The translations under genes were made by a program, and so were the position numbers. A DNA stretch of 59,637 nucleotides from Alphaproteobacteria bacterium (lineage in GTDB: Bacteria; Pseudomonadota; Alphaproteobacteria; GCA-2731375): the NCBI GenBank assembly GCA_965225945.1, contig CBDDBZ010000015.1, positions 1-59,637 of the forward strand, in the 5' to 3' direction. Under the pieces are notes generated by a model. The model was not told the DNA's origin. It saw nothing but the letters and a program-made list of their open reading frames with translations, and searched no databases. Shown one piece after another: positions 28,342 through 36,729 of this stretch (its first letter is position 1; the number at the start of each line of letters is the position of its first letter).

Positions 28342-29366
28342 GGCTCAATTCGTGAATTGTATGCGTCACCTTGTTACGGCGGCGGCGAGGCAGGCTCGGT
28401 CATTGGCGCCGGGGGCGAGGCCGACGAGGTGGAACCAGCTCAGGTAGTTGTCCAGATAGCGGGTGGCGATGCCGCGGCGGGGACGCAGGAAGTCCTTCAA
28501 CCGGCTGTGGCGGCTGTTCACCGTCTGCACATGCAGATCGCCCCGAACCCGTTCCCCCATCGAGCGGTTGAGTGCTTCGTGGCTCACCCCGAGCGCGGCG
28601 GCGCACGGTGGGTAGCTCGCGCCGCCGTCGGAGACCAGCAGGGCGTCCTTCGCGACCACCGGGTCGAGGGCAGCCGTGAGCGCCGCCGCATCGACCCTGG
28701 GCAGCACCGCGCTGACCGTCGTTCCGCTCCGGTCCGCCGCCATGAGAACCGGTACCTGCTCGCGCGAGAGGCCGCGCTTCTTCGCCTTGCCGCCCCGCCG
28801 CCGTGCCTTGCGCCCCAGCCCGCGCGCGCCCTTCCGGCTCTCCAGGACGTAGGTCTCGTCCGCTTCCACGATCCCCTTGAGCACCTCCGAATCGCTCCGC
28901 GCCGCCGCCAGAAACCGGTGACGCCAGCGGAACGCCGTGCTCACCGCCACGTCGCAGCGCGCCGCCGAGGCCTTCACCGTCTCCCCCTTCGCCAGCGACG
29001 CCCCGAACGACAGCCAGCGTTCCTTGTGGTGCAAGCCCGACAGCGGCGTACCGCTCAGCGCGTTGAAGGTCCTGCCGCAGCCCTTGCACTGGTAGCGCCG
29101 CAGACCCCGCGCCATACCGCGCGAAACCGCCCCTTCGCTCGCGCAGTGCGGACAGCGCCGGGCCTCGTCCACACCAAGCTCGATCGCGGCCTTCGATGCC
29201 TCGCCCTCGCTCCGGCCCGACAGCACCGCGAGCGCCTCGCGCCGCTGCGCGCGCGTCAGCCCGCGCGCCGCCGAAAGCCACACCTGGAAACCCTTGCCGT
29301 CCATAACCCAACCTCCTGACGTTCCAGGCACTCTATCACTAATGCATACAATTCACGAATTGAGCC
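28342..29366 (-). mobile_element. IS1595-family insertion sequence (second, different type)
   Basis: Perfect 23-bp IRs ggctcaattcgtgaattgtatgc; 8-bp target duplication ttatgtaa at 28334-28341 and 29367-29374. Confidence 0.95.
28366..29304 (-). CDS. IS1595-family transposase
   Basis: CPHC...YQCKGC, AFRWRHRFL, VEADETY, LVSDG, HVQTVNSRHSRLK, GIATRYLDNYL. Confidence 0.92.
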   Translation of the reverse strand: MDGKGFQVWLSAARGLTRAQRREALAVLSGRSEGEASKAAIELGVDEARRCPHCASEGAVSRGMARGLRRYQCKGCGRTFNALSGTPLSGLHHKERWLSFGASLAKGETVKASAARCDVAVSTAFRWRHRFLAAARSDSEVLKGIVEADETYVLESRKGARGLGRKARRRGGKAKKRGLSREQVPVLMAADRSGTTVSAVLPRVDAAALTAALDPVVAKDALLVSDGGASYPPCAAALGVSHEALNRSMGERVRGDLHVQTVNSRHSRLKDFLRPRRGIATRYLDNYLSWFHLVGLAPGANDRACLAAAVTR

Positions 29367-29435
29367 TTATGTAAAGCAATGCATCGATTTCGACCGCGAG
29401 CCGACCCCCGATATGCCGCTGGTCCTCGAGCGATT

Positions 29436-29909
29436 TCAGGTGACGTATCCGACGATGGAATAGCCGGCTCGGCTTTCTTTCAACCGCCGTTCGATTTCCT
29501 CGGCGATCGCCTCTGGCGGCGCGGCGATGGAGACGGTGATCGCCGGCTCGTTCGGGCCTAGCGGCTGCAAGGTCCGGAGTTGGCTGGCCAGCAGGCTCGG
29601 CGGCATGTCGTGGTCCCGGCGAGCCGCCAGCCGCTCGGCGATCAGCCCTTCGGCGCCCGTCAGATGGACGAAAACGACCTCGCCGCCCGCCGCCAGGATG
29701 TGGCGATAATCGGCCTCGAGGGCGGAGCAGGCGAGCGCGGCGAGCCAGGGCGCGCGGTCGGCGTCGTCCAACGGCTCGCCCCTGGCCATCTTGGCGACGT
29801 TCGCCGGCGGGTGGTGGGCATCGCCCTCGACGAAGCGGGCGCCCAGGCGCCAGGCCGTCATCCCCGGCCCACCGCCCGCGACCCCGTCGCCCGGCCCCGC
29901 CTCGGCCAT
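29436..29909 (-). pseudogene. gntK: Degenerate gluconokinase
   Basis: EGDAHHPPANVAKMARGEPLDDADRAPWL, ACSAL and MPPSLLASQL are present; the P-loop GKS/T is lost (GVAGGGPG) and the segment between WLAAL and ACSAL is missing. Confidence 0.65.
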
Positions 29910-30156
29910 GAAAATCCGCCCGATCCCCGCGCGAACCGAACCGAGGATGGGCCGGAAAGCGGCCCAAAAACCACGGAAAACGACAGCGGCGCGCGAAGTG
30001 GTGGCGCAGCGTCGCATTCGAGATGATTTAAGTCGCTCGAAAGATAGTCGTGGTATTCGGCTAAGCCTAAATGACTTAACGGTTTTTTGGTGTTTTCGTT
30101 GCACCGTGTGTGCTGTCTCTCGATTCTGCTTCTCATCAGCGAAGGAGTGGGTGGTG

Positions 30157-30876
30157 ATGGCCGAAGACGACGATCTGGACCTCCGGGACCTCGACGACGA
30201 AGAACTTACCCAGCAGATGCACGACGACCTCTATGACGGCCTCAGGGAAGAGGTCATGGAGGGGGTCGATATCCTGCTGGAACGCGGCTGGTCTCCCGAC
30301 AAAGTGTTGGCCAAGGCCCTGGTCGAGGGCATGCGGATCGTCGGCATCGACTTCCGCGACGGCATCCTCTTCGTGCCGGAGGTGTTGCTGGCGGCCAATG
30401 CCATGAAGGGCGGCATGGGGATCCTGCGCCCGCTGCTGGCCGAAACCGGCGCTGCCCAGGTCGGCAAGATGGTGATCGGCACCGTCAAGGGCGACATCCA
30501 TGACATCGGCAAGAACCTCGTCTCGATGATGATGGAAGGTGCCGGCTTCGAGGTCATCGACCTCGGCGTCAACAACCCGGTCGAGAACTATCTCGCCGCG
30601 TTGGAGGAGCACCAGCCCGACATCCTCGGCATGTCGGCCTTGCTGACCACGACGATGCCTTATATGAAGGTGGTGATCGACGAGCTCGCCGCCCGGGGCT
30701 TGCGCGACAATTACATCGTACTGGTCGGCGGCGCGCCGCTGAACGAGGCGTTCGCGGAGGCTATCGGCGCCGACGGCTATTGTCGCGACGCCGCCGTTGC
30801 CGTGGAAACCGCCCAGGACTTCATGCAGCGCCGCCACGACCAGCCGGCCCCGCTGCTCGCCGTCGCCGGCGCCTGA
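30157..30876 (+). CDS. Corrinoid (B12-binding) protein, MetH cap plus B12 domain
   Basis: LFVPEVLLAANAMK, GTVKGDIHDIGKN (DxHxxG), GMSALLTTTM, VGGAP. Confidence 0.93.
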   Translation: MAEDDDLDLRDLDDEELTQQMHDDLYDGLREEVMEGVDILLERGWSPDKVLAKALVEGMRIVGIDFRDGILFVPEVLLAANAMKGGMGILRPLLAETGAAQVGKMVIGTVKGDIHDIGKNLVSMMMEGAGFEVIDLGVNNPVENYLAALEEHQPDILGMSALLTTTMPYMKVVIDELAARGLRDNYIVLVGGAPLNEAFAEAIGADGYCRDAAVAVETAQDFMQRRHDQPAPLLAVAGA

Positions 30877-30915
30877 CGCCGGCGTCGACGAAGCCCGAGG
30901 ATCCGGAGAGAGGCC

Positions 30916-31563
30916 ATGGCCGGTGCCCGAGACGGCGCCGGGGCGAAGGCGCCTCAGATCGCCCGGGCGGCGCGGCGCACGCTGATCGTCACCTGCGGCG
31001 CGTTGGCCCGCGAGGTCTTGGCGATCATCCGGGCGAACGGTCTCGAGCATATCGAGGTGACGGCGGTGCCGGCCGAGTTACACAACCGGCCGGAGCGGAT
31101 CCCCGAAGCGGTCCGCGCCAAGATCCGCGCCCACCGCGCTTCCTTCGATCGCATCCTCGTCGCCTATGCCGATTGCGGCACCGGCGGCCTGCTGGACCAG
31201 GTCCTGGCGGAGGAAGGGGCGGAGCGGATCGAGGGCCCCCACTGCTATGCCTTCTATGCCGGCCAGACGGACTTCGCGGCACTGGCCGAGGAGGAGCCGG
31301 GAAGCTTCTACCTGACCGACTACTTGGTTCGCCACTTCGACACGCTGATCATCGAGGGTCTCGGCCTCGACCGCCATCCCGAGCTTCGCGACATGTACTT
31401 CGGCAATTACGAGCGTGTGGTCTATTTGGCGCAAACCGAGGATCCGGCGCTCGAACGGGGCGCCCGGGCGGCGGCGGACACCCTCGGCCTCGGCTATGCT
31501 TATTGCCGGACCGGCTACGGGGAGCTCGAAAGCTTCCTCCGGGCCGGTGCGGCATGTGGATAG
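30916..31563 (+). CDS. DUF1638 domain protein
   Basis: CGALARE, LHNRPERIP, YADCGTGG, GPHCY, FYLTDYL, YFGNY; typical position next to a corrinoid protein. Confidence 0.85.
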   Translation: MAGARDGAGAKAPQIARAARRTLIVTCGALAREVLAIIRANGLEHIEVTAVPAELHNRPERIPEAVRAKIRAHRASFDRILVAYADCGTGGLLDQVLAEEGAERIEGPHCYAFYAGQTDFAALAEEEPGSFYLTDYLVRHFDTLIIEGLGLDRHPELRDMYFGNYERVVYLAQTEDPALERGARAAADTLGLGYAYCRTGYGELESFLRAGAACG

Positions 31564-31583
31564 AGTCCACTAAGGGGCGAGCC

Positions 31584-31892
31584 ATGGCGGCGCTGACCAT
31601 CGTCTACTGGCGCGACATTCCGGCGCAGGTGATCGTCAAGGCCGGGCGCAAGCAGGCCCGGCGCCAGCTCGGGAATCGCTTTCAGGAGGCGATCGACGAG
31701 GCGGCGATGCGGGCTGGCCTCCATGGCTCGGACGACTATCTCGAGGCCTGGCGGCGCTCGGCGCCGAAGGATTGTGGCGAGAATGTCGAGGCCGAGGCCG
31801 AGGCGGCACGCGCGCGGCTCGAGGCCGAGTATGACGAGGTCGCTCTGGGCGCCCTGGTGATGGCGGGCGGCCGGGCGAGTGGCGAGGCGTAG
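31584..31892 (+). CDS. Virulence_fact (CvfA/B/C-like) family small protein of corrinoid clusters
   Basis: IVYWRDIPAQV, RFQEAIDEAAM, DDYLEAWRR. Confidence 0.8.
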   Translation: MAALTIVYWRDIPAQVIVKAGRKQARRQLGNRFQEAIDEAAMRAGLHGSDDYLEAWRRSAPKDCGENVEAEAEAARARLEAEYDEVALGALVMAGGRASGEA

Positions 31893-31940
31893 AGCCATGG
31901 CCGTCGCGTTCGAGCCGGCCCGAGACGCGGGAGCGGCCCC

Positions 31941-32843
31941 ATGAGCCGAACCGTCCTCTCCTCCGCCAGCCGCGAGGTCGTCATCGGCTTCGAGCAACCC
32001 TTTCGCATTATCGGCGAGCGGATCAATCCGACCGGCCGCAAGAAGCTTTCCGCCGCCATGCTCGAAGGCGACTATTCGATGGTCGCGACCGATGCGATCG
32101 CCCAGGTCGAGGCAGGCGCCCACATGCTGGACGTCAACGCCGGCATTCCCTTGGCCGACGAGCCCCGGATCCTGGCCGAGTGCATCCAGCTCGTGCAGAG
32201 TCTCACCGATGTGCCGCTCTCGATCGATTCCTCGATCGTCGAGGCGCTGGAGGCCGGGCTCGCGGTCTATCAGGGCCGCGCGCTGGTCAACTCCGTGACC
32301 GGCGAGGAGGAACGGTTGGAAGCCGTCCTACCGCTGGTGAAGAAGCATGATGCCGCCGTCGTCGCCATTTCCAACGACGAGACCGGCATCTCCGAGGATC
32401 CGGACGTGCGCTACGAGGTCGCCCGCGGCATCGTCGAGCGCGCCGCTGATCATGGCATCAAGCGCGAGGACGTGGTGGTCGACCCGCTGGTGATGCCGGT
32501 GGGTGCCATGGGCCTGGCGGGGGTCCAGGCCTTCCGCATCGTCCGTCGCCTGCGCGAGGAGTTAGGTGTCAACACCATCTGCGGCGCCTCCAACATCAGC
32601 TTCGGCTTGCCCAATCGACACGCCATGAACGCCACCTTCCTGGCGATGGCGATGGGTGCCGGCATGACCTCGGCGATTCTGAACCCGCTGCATCTCGAGG
32701 AGGCGAGCTCGATCATGGGGGCCGACGTGTTGCTGGGCCACGATCCCGACTGCCGGCGCTGGCTCGCCAAGTTCCGCGAGCCGGCCGCCGAGGGCGACGA
32801 GCGGAGCGCGCGCCGCGAGGGACGCCGCCGCCGGCGCGGCTGA
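31941..32843 (+). CDS. Methyltetrahydrofolate:corrinoid methyltransferase (pterin-binding domain)
   Basis: IIGERINPTGRK, LDVNAG, PLSIDSS, LVNSV, VDPLV, GASNISFGLP. Confidence 0.92.
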   Translation: MSRTVLSSASREVVIGFEQPFRIIGERINPTGRKKLSAAMLEGDYSMVATDAIAQVEAGAHMLDVNAGIPLADEPRILAECIQLVQSLTDVPLSIDSSIVEALEAGLAVYQGRALVNSVTGEEERLEAVLPLVKKHDAAVVAISNDETGISEDPDVRYEVARGIVERAADHGIKREDVVVDPLVMPVGAMGLAGVQAFRIVRRLREELGVNTICGASNISFGLPNRHAMNATFLAMAMGAGMTSAILNPLHLEEASSIMGADVLLGHDPDCRRWLAKFREPAAEGDERSARREGRRRRRG

Positions 32844-32847
32844 TGGC

Positions 32848-34857
32848 ATGAGCCGGGAGGCCCTCGTCGTCTTCACCCCGTCGGGCCGGCGGGGCCGCTT
32901 CGAATTCGGCACCGACCTGCTGGCGGCGGCGCGGAGCCTGGGCGTCGATCTCGATAGCGTCTGCGGCGGGCGCGGCATCTGCGGGCGGTGTCGGGTCAGG
33001 ATCGGCGAGGGCGCCTTCGCCAAGCATGGCATCGAATCGGCCGCCGGCCATGTGAGCCCGGAAGGCGAGGCGGAGGCCCGCTGCCGTGCTCGGCGTGGAA
33101 TCGACCCGGGCCTCCGGCTCGGCTGCCAGGCCCGAATCGCCGGCGACGTCGTGGCCGACGTGCCGCCCGAGGCCCAGGTCCACCGCCAAGTCGTCCGCAA
33201 ACGCCCCGAGGCGAGGCCCATCGAGGTCGATCCGGTCGTCCGCCTGCACTACGTCGAGGTGGCGGAGCCGGACATCGCCAAGCCGAGCGGCGATTTGGAG
33301 CGCTTGGTCGAGGCGCTGGCGGCGCAATGGGGCCTGGGCGCGCTGGCCCTCGACCCGCTGATCCTGCCCGGCTTGCAGGAGACGCTGCGCGAGGGCGCGT
33401 GGTGGGTCACCGTGGCGGTCCGGGAGGAAGCCCGGATCGTTGCCGTCTGGCCGGGCTTCCACGAGCGCGCATTGGGTGCCGCCGTCGATATCGGCTCCAC
33501 CACCATCGCCGCGCATCTGACCGACCTGGCGACGGGCGAGGTGATCGCCGCCGCCGGCGCGATGAACCCGCAGATCCGCTTCGGCGAGGACCTGATGAGC
33601 CGGGTCTCATACGCGATGATGAACCCGGGCGGCGTCGAGGAAATGACGGCGGCGGTGCGCGAATGCACTGACGAACTATTGAGCGAGGTCGCCGAGGCTG
33701 CCGGCGTGGCGGCCGCCGACATCCTGGAGGTCACCATCGTCGGCAATCCCGTCATGCACCACCTCTTCCTCGGGATCGATCCGGTGGAGCTCGGCGGCGC
33801 GCCCTTCGCGCTGGCGCTGGCCGGCGCCTTCTCGGCGCCGGCCCGGCGGCTGGGCCTGAGCGTCAATCCGGGGGCGGCGCTCTACGCGCTGCCGTGCATC
33901 GCGGGCCACGTCGGAGCCGATGCGGCGGCGGTGGCGCTCTCGGAGGGCCCGCACTTGGGCGAGGAGATGACGCTGATCGTCGACGTCGGCACCAACGCCG
34001 AAATCCTGCTCGGCAACCGGGGCCGGCTCTTGGCCTGCTCCTCGCCGACCGGTCCCGCCTTCGAGGGGGCGCAGATCTCCGCCGGCCAGCGCGCCGCCCC
34101 CGGCGCGATCGAGCGGGTGCGGATCGATGCCGAGACCCTGGAGCCCCGCTTTCGCGTGGTCGGCGTCGAGGCCTGGTCGGACGAGGCGGGGTTCGCCGAG
34201 GCGACGGCCGCCACCGGCATCACCGGAATCTGCGGCTCCGGCATCATCGAGGCGATCGCGGAGATGTTTCTCGCCGGAATCCTGGCCTCGGACGGGGTGA
34301 TCGACGGCGCCATGGCCGAACGCTCGGCCCGGATCGAGGCGGACGGGCGCACCTACGCCTATCGCCTGACCGAGGGCCCGCCCGAGATCCGCGTGACCCA
34401 GAACGACGTCCGCGCGATCCAGCTCGCCAAGGCGGCGCTTTATGCCGGTGCCCGGCTGCTGATGGACCGGATGGAGGTGGATTCGGTCGAGCGCATCGTG
34501 CTGGCCGGCGCCTTCGGCAGCAACATCGATCCGGTCCACGCGATGGTCTTGGGGATGATCCCGGATTGCGACTTGGCCAAGGTCGGCGCGGCCGGCAACG
34601 CGGCCGGCACGGGCGCCCGCATCGCTCTCGTCAACCGCGCCGCGCGGCGCGAGGTCGAGGCCCTGGCGCGCCGCATCGAGAAGGTGGAGACGGCGGTCGC
34701 GGCGGACTTCCAGGTCCACTTCGTCGCCGCCATGGCCATCCCCCACGGCACGGCGGCCTATCCGAACCTGGCGAAGGCCGTGCGACTCCCGGCGCCCAAG
34801 CCCCCCCGCCAAGCTTCGGGCGAACGCCCCCGCCGCCGTCGGCGTCGCGAGGGTTGA
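32848..34857 (+). CDS. ASKHA-type reductive activator of corrinoid proteins (RACE/RamA-like, DUF4445) with 2Fe-2S domain
   Basis: CGGRGICGRC...RLGCQ, DIGSTT, NPQIRFGEDLMSR, DVGTNAE, GPAFEG, GICGSG, LAGAFG, GNAAG. Confidence 0.92.
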   Translation: MSREALVVFTPSGRRGRFEFGTDLLAAARSLGVDLDSVCGGRGICGRCRVRIGEGAFAKHGIESAAGHVSPEGEAEARCRARRGIDPGLRLGCQARIAGDVVADVPPEAQVHRQVVRKRPEARPIEVDPVVRLHYVEVAEPDIAKPSGDLERLVEALAAQWGLGALALDPLILPGLQETLREGAWWVTVAVREEARIVAVWPGFHERALGAAVDIGSTTIAAHLTDLATGEVIAAAGAMNPQIRFGEDLMSRVSYAMMNPGGVEEMTAAVRECTDELLSEVAEAAGVAAADILEVTIVGNPVMHHLFLGIDPVELGGAPFALALAGAFSAPARRLGLSVNPGAALYALPCIAGHVGADAAAVALSEGPHLGEEMTLIVDVGTNAEILLGNRGRLLACSSPTGPAFEGAQISAGQRAAPGAIERVRIDAETLEPRFRVVGVEAWSDEAGFAEATAATGITGICGSGIIEAIAEMFLAGILASDGVIDGAMAERSARIEADGRTYAYRLTEGPPEIRVTQNDVRAIQLAKAALYAGARLLMDRMEVDSVERIVLAGAFGSNIDPVHAMVLGMIPDCDLAKVGAAGNAAGTGARIALVNRAARREVEALARRIEKVETAVAADFQVHFVAAMAIPHGTAAYPNLAKAVRLPAPKPPRQASGERPRRRRRREG

Positions 34858-34860
34858 CGC

Positions 34861-35556
34861 CTACAACAACTGCGGCTGCTCCGGCTCCGGCGGCTCGACA
34901 ACCATCTTCTCCAACGGAACGAGACACGCCGCGTCGTCGTTCCTCGGGCTGTTCACGCGGCGGTCGACCTTGAAGGCGACGAGCGCCGGGTCGGCGAAGG
35001 GCACCAACACCTCCGCGCCTGCCTCGCCCGCGAGCCACGGGCCATACACCTCGGGCGGCAGAATCACCGGCATGCGGTGGTGGATCGGGCGCAAGGCCTC
35101 GTTCGCCTCGGTGGTCAGGATGGCGAAGCTCTCGACCTCCGCCGCGCCCTCGGGGCGCCAGCGTTCCCAGATGCCGGCGAAGGCGAAGGGCCGCGCGTCC
35201 CGGAAGGTGATGCGGTAGGGCTGCTTGGCACGCCCCTCCGTCCGCCACTCGTAGAATCCGTCGGCCGCCACCAGGCAGCGGCGCATGCGATAGGCGGCGC
35301 GGAAGGAGGGCTTCTCGGCCACCGTTTCGCTTCGCGCGTTGATCATCTTCTGGCCGATCTCGATTCCCTTCGCCCAGGACGGCACCAAGCCCCAGCGCAA
35401 CAGCACGATCTCCCGCACCGAGCCGGCTTCCCGGATCACGGCGGCGGATTGCGTCGGAGCGATGTTGTAGCGGGGCGCGAGATTGCCGCCGCCCACGGCC
35501 TCGAAAGTTTGGCGCACCCATTCCACCGGCGAGGTCAGGCTGTAGCGTCCACACAT
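34861..35556 (-). CDS. SOS response-associated peptidase (SRAP/HMCES, YedK-like)
   Basis: N-terminal MCGRY, RYNIAPTQ, WGLVP, INARSET, RCLVAADGFYEW, IHHRMPVIL. Confidence 0.93.
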   Translation of the reverse strand: MCGRYSLTSPVEWVRQTFEAVGGGNLAPRYNIAPTQSAAVIREAGSVREIVLLRWGLVPSWAKGIEIGQKMINARSETVAEKPSFRAAYRMRRCLVAADGFYEWRTEGRAKQPYRITFRDARPFAFAGIWERWRPEGAAEVESFAILTTEANEALRPIHHRMPVILPPEVYGPWLAGEAGAEVLVPFADPALVAFKVDRRVNSPRNDDAACLVPLEKMVVEPPEPEQPQLL

Positions 35557-35566
35557 GGCCCGAGCC

Positions 35567-36484
35567 TCAATCGCCCCGGAGCCAGCCTCGGGCGAGCTGG
35601 TGGGCGATGGAGAGCGGCGGTGGCATCCGCGTCGCCTCCTTGTCGCCCCAGGCCTCGACCATCGCCTGGATCTCGTCTCGAGTGAACCAGCGGGCGTCCT
35701 GCAGCTCCTCCCGGTCGAGGTGGATCTCCGTGCTCTCGGCATGGGCGAAGCAGCCGATCATCAAGGAGCAGGGGAAGGGCCAGGGCTGCGAGGAGTGATA
35801 GCGCACCCGGCCGACCGTGATTCCCGCTTCCTCCCCGACCTCGCGGCGGACCGCCTCCTCGATGTTCTCCCCCGGCTCGACGAAACCGGCGAGCGCCGAG
35901 AAGACGCCCGGATCGAAGCGCGGCTGGCGCCCGAGCATGACGTTCCCGGCCTGGTCGATGACCAGCATGATGGTCACCGGATCGGTGCGCGGGAAATGCT
36001 GCGCCCGGCAGTCCTCGGCCACGCAACCGCGCATGTAGCCGGCCTCGCGTGGCTCGGTCGGGCGGCCGCAGACGGCGCAGAAGCCGTGCCGGGCATGCCA
36101 GTCGAGCAGCGAGCGCGCTTGGCTCAGCACGGCGGCCTGGTCGCCCGCCGCCTGCATCGCCACCGAGCGCACGTCCAGGTAACGCCCGGCCTGCGAGAAG
36201 GCGCTGGGATCGGCGGCACGGGTGATGTCGATGGCGAAATGCGGCGCGTCGTCGTGCAGCCCCAGAAGCACCACCATGGCACCCTCGGCCACGAAATCTG
36301 CCACCGCCTCGCCGCTTTGCCAGGCAATCTCCACCTCGTCCTCGACGCGCATCAGGGCGCGAAGCTCTGAGAGCACGACATAGCGCGCGTCGGGCCGGCG
36401 CTTCTGCGCCGCCAGCCAGACCTCGTCGCGCCGGATATGGCCGGCGCGATCGAACCATCCGCCGGCGAAGGTATGGGTGTGCAA
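35567..36484 (-). CDS. nudC: NAD(+) diphosphatase NudC
   Basis: FCAVCG, FPRTDP, LAGFVEPGENIEEAVRREVGEEAG Nudix box, SQPWPFP; probable TTG start behind GGAGG. Confidence 0.92.
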   Translation of the reverse strand: MHTHTFAGGWFDRAGHIRRDEVWLAAQKRRPDARYVVLSELRALMRVEDEVEIAWQSGEAVADFVAEGAMVVLLGLHDDAPHFAIDITRAADPSAFSQAGRYLDVRSVAMQAAGDQAAVLSQARSLLDWHARHGFCAVCGRPTEPREAGYMRGCVAEDCRAQHFPRTDPVTIMLVIDQAGNVMLGRQPRFDPGVFSALAGFVEPGENIEEAVRREVGEEAGITVGRVRYHSSQPWPFPCSLMIGCFAHAESTEIHLDREELQDARWFTRDEIQAMVEAWGDKEATRMPPPLSIAHQLARGWLRGD

Positions 36485-36729
36485 ATCGTCGACCTCCCGC
36501 TCGTCGGCCCGGGCGGGCCGCGTTCCGACGCGGGCGAGCCTGCCACAGCGGGCAAGCGGGGACAACGAAGGGCCATGGGGAAGGGCCGTCGCTTCAATCG
36601 ACGGTCGGGCGAACCTGTCCGGCTGGTACGACGGTTTTGGCCGGCGCGATTCGATGCGCGCCACGGTCCCACCCGACTTGCCGCCCCCGCACCTGGACCC
36701 GCGCCGCGGCCGACGAGGGGCCGAGGCGC

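Larger units (their letters stand above)
27939..29463 (+). pseudogene. ASCH domain protein with an in-frame stop and an IS1595 insertion
   Basis: GAKTATSSL, ICVVETT* (TAG 28230-28232), PFRAVD...GEWDGTLATWREE, then after the IS: VKQCIDFDREPTPDMPLVLERFQVTYP. Confidence 0.85.

Noticed and set aside
29990-30150. SAM-II or cobalamin riboswitch upstream of the corrinoid operon
   Set aside because: A short tcgag/ctcga stem with tgattt is present, but I could not match the remaining conserved elements; an Rfam/Infernal scan would be needed.
31584-31892. True virulence factor
   Set aside because: The family name is historical; here it is an accessory gene of the corrinoid cluster.
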